The notes below the pieces were generated by a model. The model saw nothing but the letters and a program-made list of their open reading frames with translations. It had not been told where the DNA came from and did not search any database. From an uncultured Solibacteraceae bacterium (GTDB lineage Bacteria > Acidobacteriota > Terriglobia > Bryobacterales > Bryobacteraceae), in NCBI GenBank assembly GCA_963815475.1, contig CAWFHD010000003.1, positions 4,218,566 through 4,282,565 on the forward strand: 64,000 bases of DNA. Reading direction: 5' to 3'. Below, one piece after another: positions 1-10,470 of this stretch (positions are counted from its first letter, which is position 1; each line of letters begins with the position of its first letter). The translations under genes were made by a program, and so were the position numbers.

Positions 1-922
1 CGATCTGCGCAAACTCGGCGAACAGAATGTCACGGGTATGGTTCTGGATCTGCGCGGCAATCCCGGTGGACTGGTGAACGAAGCGGTCGCCGTGACTGGC
101 CGCTTCCTGCGCGATGGTCAGTTGGTGGTTTCGCACCATGGCCGCGCCGAGGCCGAGCAGGTATTTAAGGCGCGCGCGGTTGCCGCGGCCCAGAAGTATC
201 CCATCGTTTGCCTGGTGGACAGCCGGTCGGCTTCCGCTGCCGAGATCATGTCGGGCGCCCTGCAGGATCACGACCGCGCCTACATCATGGGCGACACCAC
301 GTTCGGCAAGGGCTTGGTACAGGCGCAGTTCCCGCTTTCCGAAGGCGCCCTGCTGCTCACCATCGCTCACTATTACACGCCCAGCGGCCGCTTGATTCAG
401 CGAGACTACTCCAACCGCTCGTTCTTCGATTACTACTACGCCAAGCATGACGCGCCCAACATGTCGGACCTCAAGGCCACCGATAGCGGCCGCAAAGTGT
501 ACGGCGGCGGCGGCATCACTCCCGATGAGAAGTATCCCAGCCCGCACTACAGCACTTTCCAACGGCGTCTGGCGCCCATTACGTTCGTCTTCTTCCATTT
601 CGGTAATCAGTACTTCGGCGGCAAGAAGCCCACGCTACCGGATAACTGGCAGCCGGATGAGAATGTGATGCAGAGCTTCAAGACCTTCATCAAGGGTCAG
701 AAGATCGAGTTCACCGAGGACGAGTGGAACGCGAATAAAGATTGGATTCGCGGCGAGATCCGTTACGAACTCTATTACCGCGCCTTTGACAAGACTCATG
801 CCGATCGCGCCAAAGAGGCGGACGATCCGGAAATCAAAAAGGGCATGGAGAACATGCCCAAAGCGCAGAGCCTGCTGCAGCAGGTACAGCGCGTGATGGC
901 CCAACGCGGCGCCCGTGGCTAG
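1..922 (+). CDS. C-terminal processing (tail-specific) peptidase, family S41; 5' end cut by window edge
   Basis: The frame is open from base 2 (DLRKLGEQNVTGMVLDLRGNPGG...). S41 hallmarks are present: DLRGNPGG, Ser context SRSASAAEI and Lys context TFGKG. Stop TAG 920-922. Confidence 0.85.
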   Translation, partial: DLRKLGEQNVTGMVLDLRGNPGGLVNEAVAVTGRFLRDGQLVVSHHGRAEAEQVFKARAVAAAQKYPIVCLVDSRSASAAEIMSGALQDHDRAYIMGDTTFGKGLVQAQFPLSEGALLLTIAHYYTPSGRLIQRDYSNRSFFDYYYAKHDAPNMSDLKATDSGRKVYGGGGITPDEKYPSPHYSTFQRRLAPITFVFFHFGNQYFGGKKPTLPDNWQPDENVMQSFKTFIKGQKIEFTEDEWNANKDWIRGEIRYELYYRAFDKTHADRAKEADDPEIKKGMENMPKAQSLLQQVQRVMAQRGARG

Positions 923-1748
923 AGCCGGCGCCGCCCTTGCGGCTCTCTGTTTCACCTCACTTCTGTTCGCACAGCCGAAGCCTCAATACGAGGTTTACGC
1001 CCTCCGGTACGCCACCATCCCGGACTTTGCGGTTTCCGGTCTGGTGGCCGGCGCCGATCGCGATCGCAAGCTCGATATCGCCATGCTGGTGTGGCTGGTG
1101 CGCGGGGGCGGCCGCAACATCCTGGTAGACGCCGGCTTCTACCGCGACCAGTTCTTCAAGCAGTGGCACGTCACGGATTTCGTCAAGCCTTCGGAAGTGA
1201 TCGCCCGTGTAGGACTCAAGCCCGAGGACATCACCGACGTTATCGTCACTCACATGCATTGGGACCACGCCGACGGAATGGACCTCTTCCCCAAAGCCCG
1301 TATCTGGATCCAGAAGGACGAGCTGGAGTATTACGCCGGCTCCGCCTGGCAATCGCCGCGCACCCATGGCGGCATCGATCCCGACGATGTGATGGCGGCC
1401 GTCAAGCTCAATACGCAACGTCGCGTGGGCCTGGTGAACGGCGATGCGCAGGAGATCCTGCCCGGTATCACTTGCTACACCGGGGGCAAGCACACCTACG
1501 CTTCCCAGTTCGTGGGAGTGAACACCGCGGCCGGGACCGTGGTGCTGGCTAGCGACAACATGTACCTGTACGAGAATCTGGAAAAGCACGTGCCCATTGC
1601 CGCCACGCTGGATGCCGAATCCAACCTGCGCGCGCAGGATCGCATGAAGCAACTGGCGGCCGATCCCAAATGGATCATCCCCGGACACGATCCCGCAGTG
1701 ATGACCAAATTCCCCAACCCTCAACCGGGAGTCGCCAAGATCCAATAA
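915..1748 (+). CDS. Secreted MBL-fold metallo-hydrolase (lactonase-like)
   Basis: GTG start overlaps the S41 stop by 8 nt. Signal-like N-terminus ALAALCFTSLLFAQP. HxHxDH motif THMHWDHADG. Confidence 0.8.
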   Translation: MARAGAALAALCFTSLLFAQPKPQYEVYALRYATIPDFAVSGLVAGADRDRKLDIAMLVWLVRGGGRNILVDAGFYRDQFFKQWHVTDFVKPSEVIARVGLKPEDITDVIVTHMHWDHADGMDLFPKARIWIQKDELEYYAGSAWQSPRTHGGIDPDDVMAAVKLNTQRRVGLVNGDAQEILPGITCYTGGKHTYASQFVGVNTAAGTVVLASDNMYLYENLEKHVPIAATLDAESNLRAQDRMKQLAADPKWIIPGHDPAVMTKFPNPQPGVAKIQ

Positions 1749-1816
1749 CGCGCCGGACTGGTGTGCCGCCCCTAAACGGCAGTGCCGGGAGCTAGAATAT
1801 TCGCTCCGAGGTGCTT

Positions 1817-3091
1817 ATGTCCGATTTTTCCCGCAGAACTCTACTGACATCCGCCATGGGAGCCGCCGCGTTCACCATCGTCAAACCGGAGCTGGTGCGA
1901 GGCGCCGGCAATGAGAAGTTGAAGTACGGTCTCATAGGGTGCGGAGGCCGCGGCACGCAGGCCGTGCAGAACGTCCTGACCGGCTGCGACAACGTAGAGA
2001 TTGTGGCCATGGCGGACATCTTCGAAGACCGGTTGGAGGACTCCATCCGCAAATCGAAGGCCCTGCCGCCGGCGCAGTCCGACCGTTTCAAAGTGGACCC
2101 CGAGCACCGCTTCACGGGCTTCGACGGCTACAAGAAACTGATTGCCTCAGATATCGACGTAGTGATGCTGGCCACGCCGCCCGCTTACCGCCCCATGCAT
2201 TTCGCCGCTGCTGTGGAAGCCAAAAAGCACATCTTCTGCGAGAAGCCCACCGGCACCGACCCGGTGAACTGCCGCAAATTTATGGAAGCCGCCAGGAAGT
2301 CGGAGGAGCTGAAGCTCACTGTGAAATCGGGGGCGCAGCGGCGCTCGCAGACCTGGTATCTCGACCAGTACAAGCGCGTAAAGAACGGCGACATCGGTGA
2401 TGTGGTCGCGCTCAATGCCAATTGGATCGATAGGCCCGTGCTGCAGTTCAATAGCTGGCCAACGAAGAAGCGCGATCCCAAGTGGAGCGACATGGAGTTC
2501 CAGAATCGCGGCTGGTACTCCTTCGTCTGGATCTGCGGCGATCAGATTGTGGAGCAGCACCTGCACAACGTGGACGTCTGTAATTGGTTCATGGGCACGC
2601 ACCCGGTGGAAGTGACGGCGTCGGGCGGAGCCTCCTGGCGGCCGCGCGAGGAAGAGTACGGCAATATTTACGATCACATCGTGTCCGACTTCGTATATCC
2701 CAACGGCGTCCACATGACGAGCCACTGCCGCCAGTACAATTTGGGAACGGGCAACGTGATCAATGTCAGCGAGCGCATCGTGGGCACGAAGGGAGTGGTC
2801 GATTCGTTCTCGCTGCGCGGCGTGAAACCGCCCTTTGACCCCTACGTTCAGGAACACATCGACATGGTCGCCAGCATTCTCGGCAAAGGGCCGTACAAGA
2901 ACGAATCCATGGCGATCGCCGAAAGCACGATGACGTGCATCATGGGTCGCGAGTCCGCCTACTCGGGCCAGAAGATCACATGGGACATGATCATGAACTC
3001 CCAGGAAGATCTGCTGCCCAAGTCGTTCGACTACAAGGATAGCCTCCCGGTCCCGCCCCTGCCGGTCCCGGGCCAGTACAAGTTCGTGTAG
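1817..3091 (+). CDS. Gfo/Idh/MocA-family NAD-dependent oxidoreductase with twin-arginine signal
   Basis: ATG 1817 lies 6 nt after GAGG. Tat-like motif SRRTLLTSAMGAAAF. Rossmann N-terminus KYGLIGCGGRG and EKP motif (FCEKP). Confidence 0.8.
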   Translation: MSDFSRRTLLTSAMGAAAFTIVKPELVRGAGNEKLKYGLIGCGGRGTQAVQNVLTGCDNVEIVAMADIFEDRLEDSIRKSKALPPAQSDRFKVDPEHRFTGFDGYKKLIASDIDVVMLATPPAYRPMHFAAAVEAKKHIFCEKPTGTDPVNCRKFMEAARKSEELKLTVKSGAQRRSQTWYLDQYKRVKNGDIGDVVALNANWIDRPVLQFNSWPTKKRDPKWSDMEFQNRGWYSFVWICGDQIVEQHLHNVDVCNWFMGTHPVEVTASGGASWRPREEEYGNIYDHIVSDFVYPNGVHMTSHCRQYNLGTGNVINVSERIVGTKGVVDSFSLRGVKPPFDPYVQEHIDMVASILGKGPYKNESMAIAESTMTCIMGRESAYSGQKITWDMIMNSQEDLLPKSFDYKDSLPVPPLPVPGQYKFV

Positions 3092-3094
3092 TGG

Positions 3095-3118
3095 AGCCGG
3101 TGGTCTTTGCCACCGGCT
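3095..3118 (+). terminator. GC-rich hairpin just after the oxidoreductase stop
   Basis: AGCCGGTGG-tctttg-CCACCGGCT gives a perfect 9-bp stem 4 nt after the stop. The downstream T-run is only loose (agtttgccaatcttttt). Confidence 0.45.
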
Positions 3119-3172
3119 AGTTTGCCAATCTTTTTGCAACTTTCGGACCGCCCGCGTACGTTCGTATCTAAT

Positions 3173-5629
3173 ATGGACCTTCGCTACGCCTTCCGAATGC
3201 TCTGGAAGAATCCAGGTTTCACCGCCATCGCGGTAATCGCCCTGGCGCTGGGAATCGGAGCCAACACCGCCATCTTCACCGTAGTGGATGGAGTTCTGCT
3301 GCAACCGCTGCCTTACCCGGAGCCCGACCGCATCATGCGCCTGGGCCGCCTCTTTCCGGGCAATCAGTATCAGTTCTCGAACTCCATTCCGAAGTACATG
3401 GCGTGGCGCCAGAACCATGTATTCGATGCCACCGCGCTGTATAGCCAAAGCACACCGGGCATGAACCTCGGGTCGAAGGAGCATCCCGAGCAGGTGAAGG
3501 CGGCGCAGGTTTCCCACGGCTACTTCCGGGTATTCGGAACCGCTCCCCTGTTTGGCCGCACTTTCACTCCCGAAGAAGACCTTCCCAAGGGACCAGCCGA
3601 AGTGGTGCTCAGCTACCAACTCTGGCAATCGCGATTCGCCGGCGACCGATCCATTGTAGGCCGCACCATCCCCTTGAACAACGAGCCCCGCACCGTGATC
3701 GGAGTGTTGCCCAGGAGTTTCCAGCCCGACCCTCCGGTCGACCTGTGGCTGCCGCTCCAAGCCGATCCGCACAGCACCAATCAGGGCCACTACCTGGCCG
3801 CCGCAGGACGCCTGAAGCCGGGCGTAACCATTGCCGCCGCGCAGGCCGAAATGAAGATCGTCGGCGAACAATTCCGTCGCGAATATCCGCTGTGGATGGA
3901 CAAAAACGAGAGCGTCGCCGTAGTCCCCATGCGCGAGGCGCAAACGGGAAACATCAAGCCGGCGCTGTGGATTCTGCTGGGCGCCGTTGGCTTCGTGCTG
4001 CTCATCGCCTGCGCCAATGTCGCCAACCTGCTGCTGGCGCGCGCCGCGGTACGGGCTCGCGAGATGGCTGTCCGCGCCGCGATCGGCGCCGGTCGCTGGC
4101 GCGTGGTGCGGCAGTTGCTCACCGAGAGCCTGCTGCTGGCCGGCCTCGGCGGGCTTCTGGGATTTGTGCTGGGCGCGTGGGGCGTCCGTGCTCTGCTCTT
4201 GCTGGTGCCCGGCAACATTCCCAGGCTCACCGATCCCGATGGAGTTACGTCCGCGCCGCCCCTCGACTGGCGGGTGGCCGCCTTCACCATGGGAATCGCG
4301 CTGCTCACGGGCGTGCTGTTCGGCCTCTTCCCCGCACTGCGAATTTCCAACCCCGATCTCGCCAGCGTTCTCAAAGAATCCGGCAGCCGCTCCGGCTCAG
4401 GGCGGCACACGCGCGCCCGCTCGCTCCTGGTAGTTACCGAGATGGCCCTGGCGCTGGTTCTTCTGGTGGGCGCTACCTTGCTGATCCGGACGTTTGTCGG
4501 GCTGAACAAGGTCAAGCCAGGGCTCGATCCGCACAATGTTCTGACCCTGCAAACTTCCTTGACGGGCGGTGAATACTCCACCACCGCCAAGGTGGAAGCT
4601 ATGTCCGAGGTAGCCATCAAGAGATTGGAAGCCATCCCCGGAGTGGAAGCGGCAGCGTCTTGCATCATGGTTCCCCTGAATGGAAACGATGTGGATCTGC
4701 CCTTCACCATCGTGGGCCGCGTGCCCTCCAAAGGCCAATCGTACGAAGGCGACGAACAGTATCGCACCATCACGCCGCACTACTTCTCTGCGTTCCACGT
4801 TCCCGTGCTGCGCGGCCGTGTCTTTACCGAAAACGATACTGGCAACTCCACCAGGGTGGTCATTATCAATGAAGCGATGGCGAAGCAGTATTGGCCCAAG
4901 CAGGATCCCATCGGTCAGGTGATCGTCATCGGAAAGGGATTGGGTCCCGATTTCGACGATTCGCCCCGCCAGGTGGTCGGCATCGTGGGAACGGTGCGCG
5001 AGACCGGCCTGCAGGATGCCAACCCGGGCGTGATGTATATACCGCAAAGCCAGGTCCCACAGGGCATCACCACGCTTGCCAACCAGGTAATCCCGCTCAG
5101 TTGGGTGGTCCGCACGGCCATGGCGCCCATGAGCCTGCGTGCGGCGGTGGAAGCCGAATTCCGCGCCGTGGATCCCGGTTTGGTGCCGAACCAACCCCGC
5201 ACCATGGAACAGGTGATCGCGAAATCGGTGTCGCGGGAGAGCTTCAATACGCTGTTGCTGAGCATCTTCGCCGCGATTGCGCTGCTGCTGGCGGCCATCG
5301 GCATCTACGGCCTGATGTCGTACTCGGTGGAACAAAGGACACAGGAGATCGGCATCCGGATGGCACTCGGCGCTGCCGGCGGTGACATGCTCAAGATGGT
5401 GTTCAAACAGGGAATGAAACTGGCGGGAATCGGAATCGCGGCAGGACTGGCGATGGCCTATGGAGTTACACGAGTGCTGGCCAGCCTGCTCTTCGGAGTG
5501 AAAGCCAGCGACCCGTGGACATTCGGAGGAGTGGCCCTGATTCTGACGGTAGTGGCTCTCCTGGCAACCTATATTCCCGCCAGGAGAGCCGCCGCCACAC
5601 CGCCCAGTCAAGCACTGCGCTACCAGTAG
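3173..5629 (+). CDS. MacB-like ABC transporter permease, ADOP (acidobacterial duplicated orphan permease) type
   Basis: Canonical N-terminus [35 protein letters not shown]. There are two MacB_PCD/FtsX halves. The track start at 3107 is upstream of the conserved N-terminus. Confidence 0.85.
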   Translation: MDLRYAFRMLWKNPGFTAIAVIALALGIGANTAIFTVVDGVLLQPLPYPEPDRIMRLGRLFPGNQYQFSNSIPKYMAWRQNHVFDATALYSQSTPGMNLGSKEHPEQVKAAQVSHGYFRVFGTAPLFGRTFTPEEDLPKGPAEVVLSYQLWQSRFAGDRSIVGRTIPLNNEPRTVIGVLPRSFQPDPPVDLWLPLQADPHSTNQGHYLAAAGRLKPGVTIAAAQAEMKIVGEQFRREYPLWMDKNESVAVVPMREAQTGNIKPALWILLGAVGFVLLIACANVANLLLARAAVRAREMAVRAAIGAGRWRVVRQLLTESLLLAGLGGLLGFVLGAWGVRALLLLVPGNIPRLTDPDGVTSAPPLDWRVAAFTMGIALLTGVLFGLFPALRISNPDLASVLKESGSRSGSGRHTRARSLLVVTEMALALVLLVGATLLIRTFVGLNKVKPGLDPHNVLTLQTSLTGGEYSTTAKVEAMSEVAIKRLEAIPGVEAAASCIMVPLNGNDVDLPFTIVGRVPSKGQSYEGDEQYRTITPHYFSAFHVPVLRGRVFTENDTGNSTRVVIINEAMAKQYWPKQDPIGQVIVIGKGLGPDFDDSPRQVVGIVGTVRETGLQDANPGVMYIPQSQVPQGITTLANQVIPLSWVVRTAMAPMSLRAAVEAEFRAVDPGLVPNQPRTMEQVIAKSVSRESFNTLLLSIFAAIALLLAAIGIYGLMSYSVEQRTQEIGIRMALGAAGGDMLKMVFKQGMKLAGIGIAAGLAMAYGVTRVLASLLFGVKASDPWTFGGVALILTVVALLATYIPARRAAATPPSQALRYQ

Positions 5630-5664
5630 AGCGCTGCCGTGCCGGGAGCCGGTGCTGTTCCTTT

Positions 5665-8600
5665 CTACTGCGCCGGAGTAGCGCCGCGACCGGCCGCCGG
5701 TGCAGCCTTCCCCGCGTCCAGATGATCCCAGTTCAAGATCGCGTTGAAGGCCAGGAAGTAGGTCCCCTGCGTCTGCCAGCGCCAGAACGGCCGCAGCGCG
5801 AACATCACGATGTGGCCCTTGCCGAGGTTCACATCCACCGCCGCCGCTTTACCCGTCAGAGCCTCGCCGCCGCCCAGCGTCCCTGAAAGCAGCAGGTCGT
5901 TGGCGCTCGATCCGAATTGCACCACCACACGCGGCCTTTCGCCCGCCGCGGCGCCAAATCCGCCGCCGAAGCCGCCACCACCGCCAGCGCCTCCACCACC
6001 GCGTCCACCGCGACCGCCGCCACGGCCACCACGACCGGCACCGCCCGCGTTCTCGGCCGCCGCTTCACCGCCTGCGGCCGCAGCCGTCGTGTCCAATGGA
6101 GCCACGTGAATCGGCGCCGCGTTCGGCGTCACGTTCTGTCCTTCCGCCGATCCGCCGCCGCGTCCGCCGCCACCAAATCCGCCGCCACCGCCCACCGCCA
6201 GCACCGGATCCTGATTGAAGTACACCGGCAGATCCTTCGCTTCATATCCATACGCGATCGGGCTCTTGAGATCCGCGATGGTGGTCCGCAGGATCGACCC
6301 GCGCGCGAACAGCGTTGTGGGATGCTCCACCGAGACACCACCGCTGAGGTCGTACTCGGCCATCAGCGCCGCCGTTGACCCTTCCGAAATCAGCGTGCCG
6401 CCTTCCTGCACGAATTTGCCGAGTTCCTGGAGTCCCTCGAATCCCATTCCGCCGCGAATATCGTCGGTGGAATCCATGAAGCCCAGGTTCGGCGTGAGTT
6501 CGCTCTTCTTATACGGGATCGGCTGGTTGCCCGTCATGGGAGTGCCCTGAATCATCGATTGCGACGTGCCACCCACGTGCGGGAAGATGATCACGTCGTA
6601 CTTCTCGCGCAGGTGGCCGTCGCGCAGCTTCTTGTCCGCGAAGTAGGTGTACGGAACCTTGTAATAATCCAGCGCCGCGCGCACCCAGCCTTCATCTTGG
6701 GTGCGCGACCAGGAATGCACGTAGCCGATGCGCGGCACCGACATCTCATGCGTCTTCACCGAAGGCATCGACGCCACGGCCCACGCTGATAGTCCCATGT
6801 CCTTCAACATCGGTTCCACGCGCGCGCGGTCGGCGTTCGGAATGATGAACGTGCCGGCGCGCAGCTTGCGGCCGTTGAGCTCGAAATCCTCCTCTGCCGC
6901 CAGCATCTTCACATTGGCATTCTGAAAGCGGAACGACATCAGATTGTTGTCGCTGGTATGTTCTACCACGATGATTGGGCCGTTGCCTTCCACGCCTCCA
7001 GCGGCGCGCGCGTCGGCCGTCAGCATGCTCATCGGCTTGTCAAGAATGCTCTTGTCGTGGATGGGCGTCAGCTTCACATCGCGCATGTACTGCATGGTCC
7101 AGCCGGTGTCGTCATAGGGCCGCGGATTGGCCGGCGGATAGTTCTGCACGCTGGTGTACATCTCCACCAGGGTTCGATACGGCTGGTCGCCACGAATCAC
7201 ATAATCGCCCGCCGCCACGTTCACGCCGCCCGCGCTGAACGCTGAGGTGGCCACGTGCACTTCCGCGCCTTGCTTGCGCAGATCGTTGACCAGTTGCGCG
7301 GCTTCCGCCTTGCGATGCTGCATGGCCGGCACGACCCACGCATTCGGCGTCGCCTTGTCGTTGGCATCCTTGCCGGTGCGTCCGAATTCTATGGCGCGTT
7401 TGTTCTTGGTGTAGTAGTTCTCCAGGTAAAGCTCCTTGTTGACGGCCACCTGGTGCAGCGCGAACAGAATCGCCGATTCCTGAATGTTGGTGTTGTTACG
7501 AGGCCCCCACTTGATGGAAGGCAGCGGCGGATTGGGCCGGAACCATTCGCGGCTGGTCGCCGTAGCGCCCAGTTGCAGGTTGTCGGTCACGTCCGGACCG
7601 TAGCTCTGCACTTCGTAAAACCGCCCGAAGGAGTTGTGTGTGAGCGCCATCCAGAACAGGTAGTTGGGCACCCAGCCATCGTAGAAGCCGTAGGTGAACA
7701 CGCCGGGGACGCCGCGCTTCGCCATCTCCATCACTTCGGTCTCGCCTAGCAGCCACCACTCGTCAATCGCCACCGGGTCGAGCGAAACGTTGTACGGACC
7801 CGTTCCCGTCGACACATAAAGGTAGGACTGCGCCTCGTGCAGATCGTGCAGGATGGTGGGATGCCAGTCGAGAATGCCCTTCATGAACGCCTTGGTCATC
7901 TCCAGGTACTGCCCCATGCCATCACGGTTGTCGTCGTGCTGCACGTACTTGCCCCAGTACATCATCAGGTTGTTGCGGGGCGCGCCCGTCTTCTTGCTGT
8001 AGTAGTAGGCGTCCACTACTTTCTCGCGTCCGTCCACTTCCAGCACCGGAGTAATGAAGATGATGGAGTTGTTGCGGATGGTCTGGATGAACGGCGTCTC
8101 TTCGACAAGCATCCGGTAGGCCAGTTCGATCAGCATCTCGGGACCGCCGGTCTCGGGCGAATGGATGCCGCTGTTGATCCAGTAGATTGGCTTGGTGGCG
8201 TGGATGAGTTCCTTCGCCTGCTCCGCCGTGATCTTGCGCGGATCGCCCAACTGCGCCAGTTGCGTCTTGTACTTGTCCAGATCCTTGATGGTGGCCTCGT
8301 CCGCAATCGCCAGCACTACAATGTCGCGGCCCTCTTCGGTGGCGCCCATCTTCCAGAATTTCGCGCGCGGGGATGCGTGGGCCAGCGCTTCGTAGTAGCG
8401 CTCAATGTCCTTCGCATAAGTAAGTTCGCCAGGCTTGCCGGGAATGCGTCCCAGGAATTTCAGCGGCGAGGGAACGGTGTCGGACGCCGGCATATGATCC
8501 ACCAGTTCGGTGGTGATGCGCGGGTCCTGCAGGTACTCATGGATGAGCTTGGTGTACTCTTCGTCGACTTTTTGAGGGGCCGGGGCGGCAGCCGTAGCGG

Positions 8601-8682
8601 GCGCTTTAGCCTTCTTGCTTTGAGCGAACGTAGGGCAAGCGGCCAGCGCAAGCGCCACGAAAAACGCGAATCGGGTTCTCAT
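5665..8682 (-). CDS. Secreted M14-family zinc carboxypeptidase-like protein (1005 aa) with C-terminal Gly/Arg-rich insert
   Basis: Signal peptide MRTRFAFFVALALAACPTFAQ. Zinc-binding context SGIHSPETGGPEM (HxxE). Long intact ORF. Confidence 0.75.
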   Translation of the reverse strand: MRTRFAFFVALALAACPTFAQSKKAKAPATAAAPAPQKVDEEYTKLIHEYLQDPRITTELVDHMPASDTVPSPLKFLGRIPGKPGELTYAKDIERYYEALAHASPRAKFWKMGATEEGRDIVVLAIADEATIKDLDKYKTQLAQLGDPRKITAEQAKELIHATKPIYWINSGIHSPETGGPEMLIELAYRMLVEETPFIQTIRNNSIIFITPVLEVDGREKVVDAYYYSKKTGAPRNNLMMYWGKYVQHDDNRDGMGQYLEMTKAFMKGILDWHPTILHDLHEAQSYLYVSTGTGPYNVSLDPVAIDEWWLLGETEVMEMAKRGVPGVFTYGFYDGWVPNYLFWMALTHNSFGRFYEVQSYGPDVTDNLQLGATATSREWFRPNPPLPSIKWGPRNNTNIQESAILFALHQVAVNKELYLENYYTKNKRAIEFGRTGKDANDKATPNAWVVPAMQHRKAEAAQLVNDLRKQGAEVHVATSAFSAGGVNVAAGDYVIRGDQPYRTLVEMYTSVQNYPPANPRPYDDTGWTMQYMRDVKLTPIHDKSILDKPMSMLTADARAAGGVEGNGPIIVVEHTSDNNLMSFRFQNANVKMLAAEEDFELNGRKLRAGTFIIPNADRARVEPMLKDMGLSAWAVASMPSVKTHEMSVPRIGYVHSWSRTQDEGWVRAALDYYKVPYTYFADKKLRDGHLREKYDVIIFPHVGGTSQSMIQGTPMTGNQPIPYKKSELTPNLGFMDSTDDIRGGMGFEGLQELGKFVQEGGTLISEGSTAALMAEYDLSGGVSVEHPTTLFARGSILRTTIADLKSPIAYGYEAKDLPVYFNQDPVLAVGGGGGFGGGGRGGGSAEGQNVTPNAAPIHVAPLDTTAAAAGGEAAAENAGGAGRGGRGGGRGGRGGGGAGGGGGFGGGFGAAAGERPRVVVQFGSSANDLLLSGTLGGGEALTGKAAAVDVNLGKGHIVMFALRPFWRWQTQGTYFLAFNAILNWDHLDAGKAAPAAGRGATPAQ
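5944..6196 (-). repeat. Low-complexity GGC/CGC-rich tract encoding RGG/GGF repeats inside the M14 gene
   Basis: Encodes GGGGGFGGGGRGGG ... GGAGRGGRGGGRGGRGGGGAGGGGGFGGGFG. The plus-strand shadow frame reads PPKPPPPPAPPPPRPPRPPPRPPRP. Confidence 0.9.
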
Positions 8683-8784
8683 AACGTATCCGCCAGTAAT
8701 ACATCTTTCTGCAGGCCGGTGTCAATTCAGCGGGGGTGTCAATTAGAATGGGATGAGTCCTCCTCGGCAAACTCCTCCCACTCC

Positions 8785-10077
8785 ATGAACCGCTTTGGCA
8801 TAGGTATCGATTTCGGCACCACGAACAGTTCCATCGCGCGCACTAACGGTTCGGGCGATGTAGAACTGGCGCAGTTTCCCAGCGCCGCGGGTATGCTGGA
8901 GTCCTACCGCTCTTTGCTCTATCTCGACAAGATCAAGGAGCGGGGCGTTACCCGAATCAAATCATGGAGCGGTCCCGCTGCTATTGAGGAGTACCTCGCT
9001 GCCGATACCAAGGGCCGCCTGGTCCAATCCCTCAAATCGTTCTTGAGCAGCCGCAGCCTGAAAAGCACCGACGTCTTCGGACGCCGTATGACTCTCGAGG
9101 ACCTGATCGCTCGCATCCTCCGCGACCTGCGGGAAAAGGCCGAGGCGCAGTTCGGAGTCCGCATCGTACACGCGGTGGTGGGGCGGCCAGTGCGTTTTGT
9201 CGGGGCCGAAAGCGACGACGACAACAGATTCGCCGAGGAGCGACTCCGGCGCGCCTTTGAAGTGGCGGGCTACACATCCTTGGATTTTGAATTGGAACCG
9301 GTGGCCGCCGCGCAATACTACCAGTCAACCCTCGATCACGACGAGTTGATCCTGATCGGGGACTTCGGCGGCGGAACCAGCGATTTCTCCCTGCTGCGCG
9401 TAGGACCCGGCATTCGCAAACATGGGCGTGGCGCGGGTGACCTTCTCTGCAACAGTGGCGTCGGCCTCGCCGGCGATGCTTTTGACGCTAAGATCGTCCG
9501 CAACCTGGTCTCGCCTGCCCTCGGCCGAGGGTCGTCCGCGCAGTCGATGAATAAGGTCCTGCCAGCCGTCCCCAACTGGGTCTATGCGAAACTCGAGCAC
9601 TGGCACCATCTTTCCTTTCTTCGCACCGGCAGCACCATGACCATGTTGCAGGCCACCCGCGCGACGGCCTTCGAGCCGGAAAAGATCGAAGCACTCATCC
9701 ACCTGATTCAGGAAGACCTGGGATATGAACTCCACCGCGCCGTGCAAAGCGCGAAGATCGCACTTTCGGCGAACCAGCGCGCGTTCTTCCGGTTCTCCGA
9801 TGGCTTGGTGGAGATTGAAGCCGCCATCGAACGGACTGACTTCGAGGGGTGGATCGCAGAGGAACTCGCACAGATCGAAGCCTGTGTCGACTCTCTGATT
9901 GCCTCGTCCGGAGCGGCGGCGAAAGACGTCGATACGGTGTTCCTCACCGGAGGTTCATCATTCGTCCCCGCGGTCCGCAAAATCTTCGCAACGCGCTTCG
10001 GCGAAAATCGCATTCGCACCGGCAATGAATTCACCTCAGTGGCGAGGGGCTTGGCCATCAAAGCCCAGCACCCCTAG
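8785..10077 (+). CDS. Hsp70/actin-fold ATPase, YegD-like (430 aa)
   Basis: ATG at 8785 is followed by GIGIDFGTTNSS (phosphate-1) and GDFGGGTSDFS (phosphate-2). The 7837-8784 part of the track ORF is antisense to the M14 gene. Confidence 0.8.
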   Translation: MNRFGIGIDFGTTNSSIARTNGSGDVELAQFPSAAGMLESYRSLLYLDKIKERGVTRIKSWSGPAAIEEYLAADTKGRLVQSLKSFLSSRSLKSTDVFGRRMTLEDLIARILRDLREKAEAQFGVRIVHAVVGRPVRFVGAESDDDNRFAEERLRRAFEVAGYTSLDFELEPVAAAQYYQSTLDHDELILIGDFGGGTSDFSLLRVGPGIRKHGRGAGDLLCNSGVGLAGDAFDAKIVRNLVSPALGRGSSAQSMNKVLPAVPNWVYAKLEHWHHLSFLRTGSTMTMLQATRATAFEPEKIEALIHLIQEDLGYELHRAVQSAKIALSANQRAFFRFSDGLVEIEAAIERTDFEGWIAEELAQIEACVDSLIASSGAAAKDVDTVFLTGGSSFVPAVRKIFATRFGENRIRTGNEFTSVARGLAIKAQHP

Positions 10078-10131
10078 TGGGGCCGGCGGTCTTGCCACAG
10101 GTTTAGCCATCCCCGCCCCAGCCTTAGAAGA

Positions 10132-10428
10132 CTACTCAACCCCTTCGACGATGCGGAAGTCCCGCTCGGCCCCAGATCCCAGGGCTTTCAAAGCAGCTTG
10201 ATACGCCGCACTATTGTAAGTGGCTACTGCCTTTTCGAAACTCTCGAATTCCATAACTACCATGCGCTGCTTCAGGCCCGCTTCCCGGGGCTCGATTGCG
10301 TCGGCCGTCCGGACCAGCGTCTTGCCGCCGCCAGCCTCAATCGCTGGAATCGCGAGCTTGCCATACGCCTTCAGCGCAGACTCGTCTGCAATCGACCGGT
10401 ATGCCACAACCCAATAGCCTTTCTTCAT
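10132..10428 (-). CDS. DUF1330 domain protein
   Basis: 98 aa, MKKGYWVVAYRSI...LKAYGKLAIPAIEAGGGK...FESFEKA pattern, typical of DUF1330 as recalled from memory. Confidence 0.7.
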   Translation of the reverse strand: MKKGYWVVAYRSIADESALKAYGKLAIPAIEAGGGKTLVRTADAIEPREAGLKQRMVVMEFESFEKAVATYNSAAYQAALKALGSGAERDFRIVEGVE

Positions 10429-10470
10429 TCTGCTCTCCTTCTGTTAGTATCTCCGACCTGATTGGCGATT

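Noticed and set aside
2147-3943. 598-aa minus-strand ORF, with similar long ORFs at 4397-5611(-), 957-1745(-), 24285-25205(-), 43846-44514(-), 62079-62870(+) and 62158-63177(-)
   Set aside because: They lie antisense to, or out of frame with, genes carrying clear family motifs. Their translations are Arg/Gly/Ala/Pro/His-rich with no motifs. This is the typical shadow-ORF behaviour of high-GC DNA.
5810-6109. Proline-rich ORF (PPKPPPPPAPPPPRPPRPPPRPP) on the plus strand
   Set aside because: It is the reverse-complement shadow of the Gly/Arg-rich tract of the M14 gene, not an independent gene.
5944-6196. Repetitive DNA considered as a possible CRISPR or tandem-repeat array
   Set aside because: There is no regular repeat-spacer periodicity. 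It is an in-frame codon-level low-complexity tract (GGC/GGT/CGC) within a long ORF.
7837-8784. Upstream 316 codons of the 746-aa track ORF (7837-10077)
   Set aside because: This part is antisense to the M14 peptidase gene and has no protein-like features. The Hsp70-like sequence begins at ATG 8785 with GIDFGTTNS.
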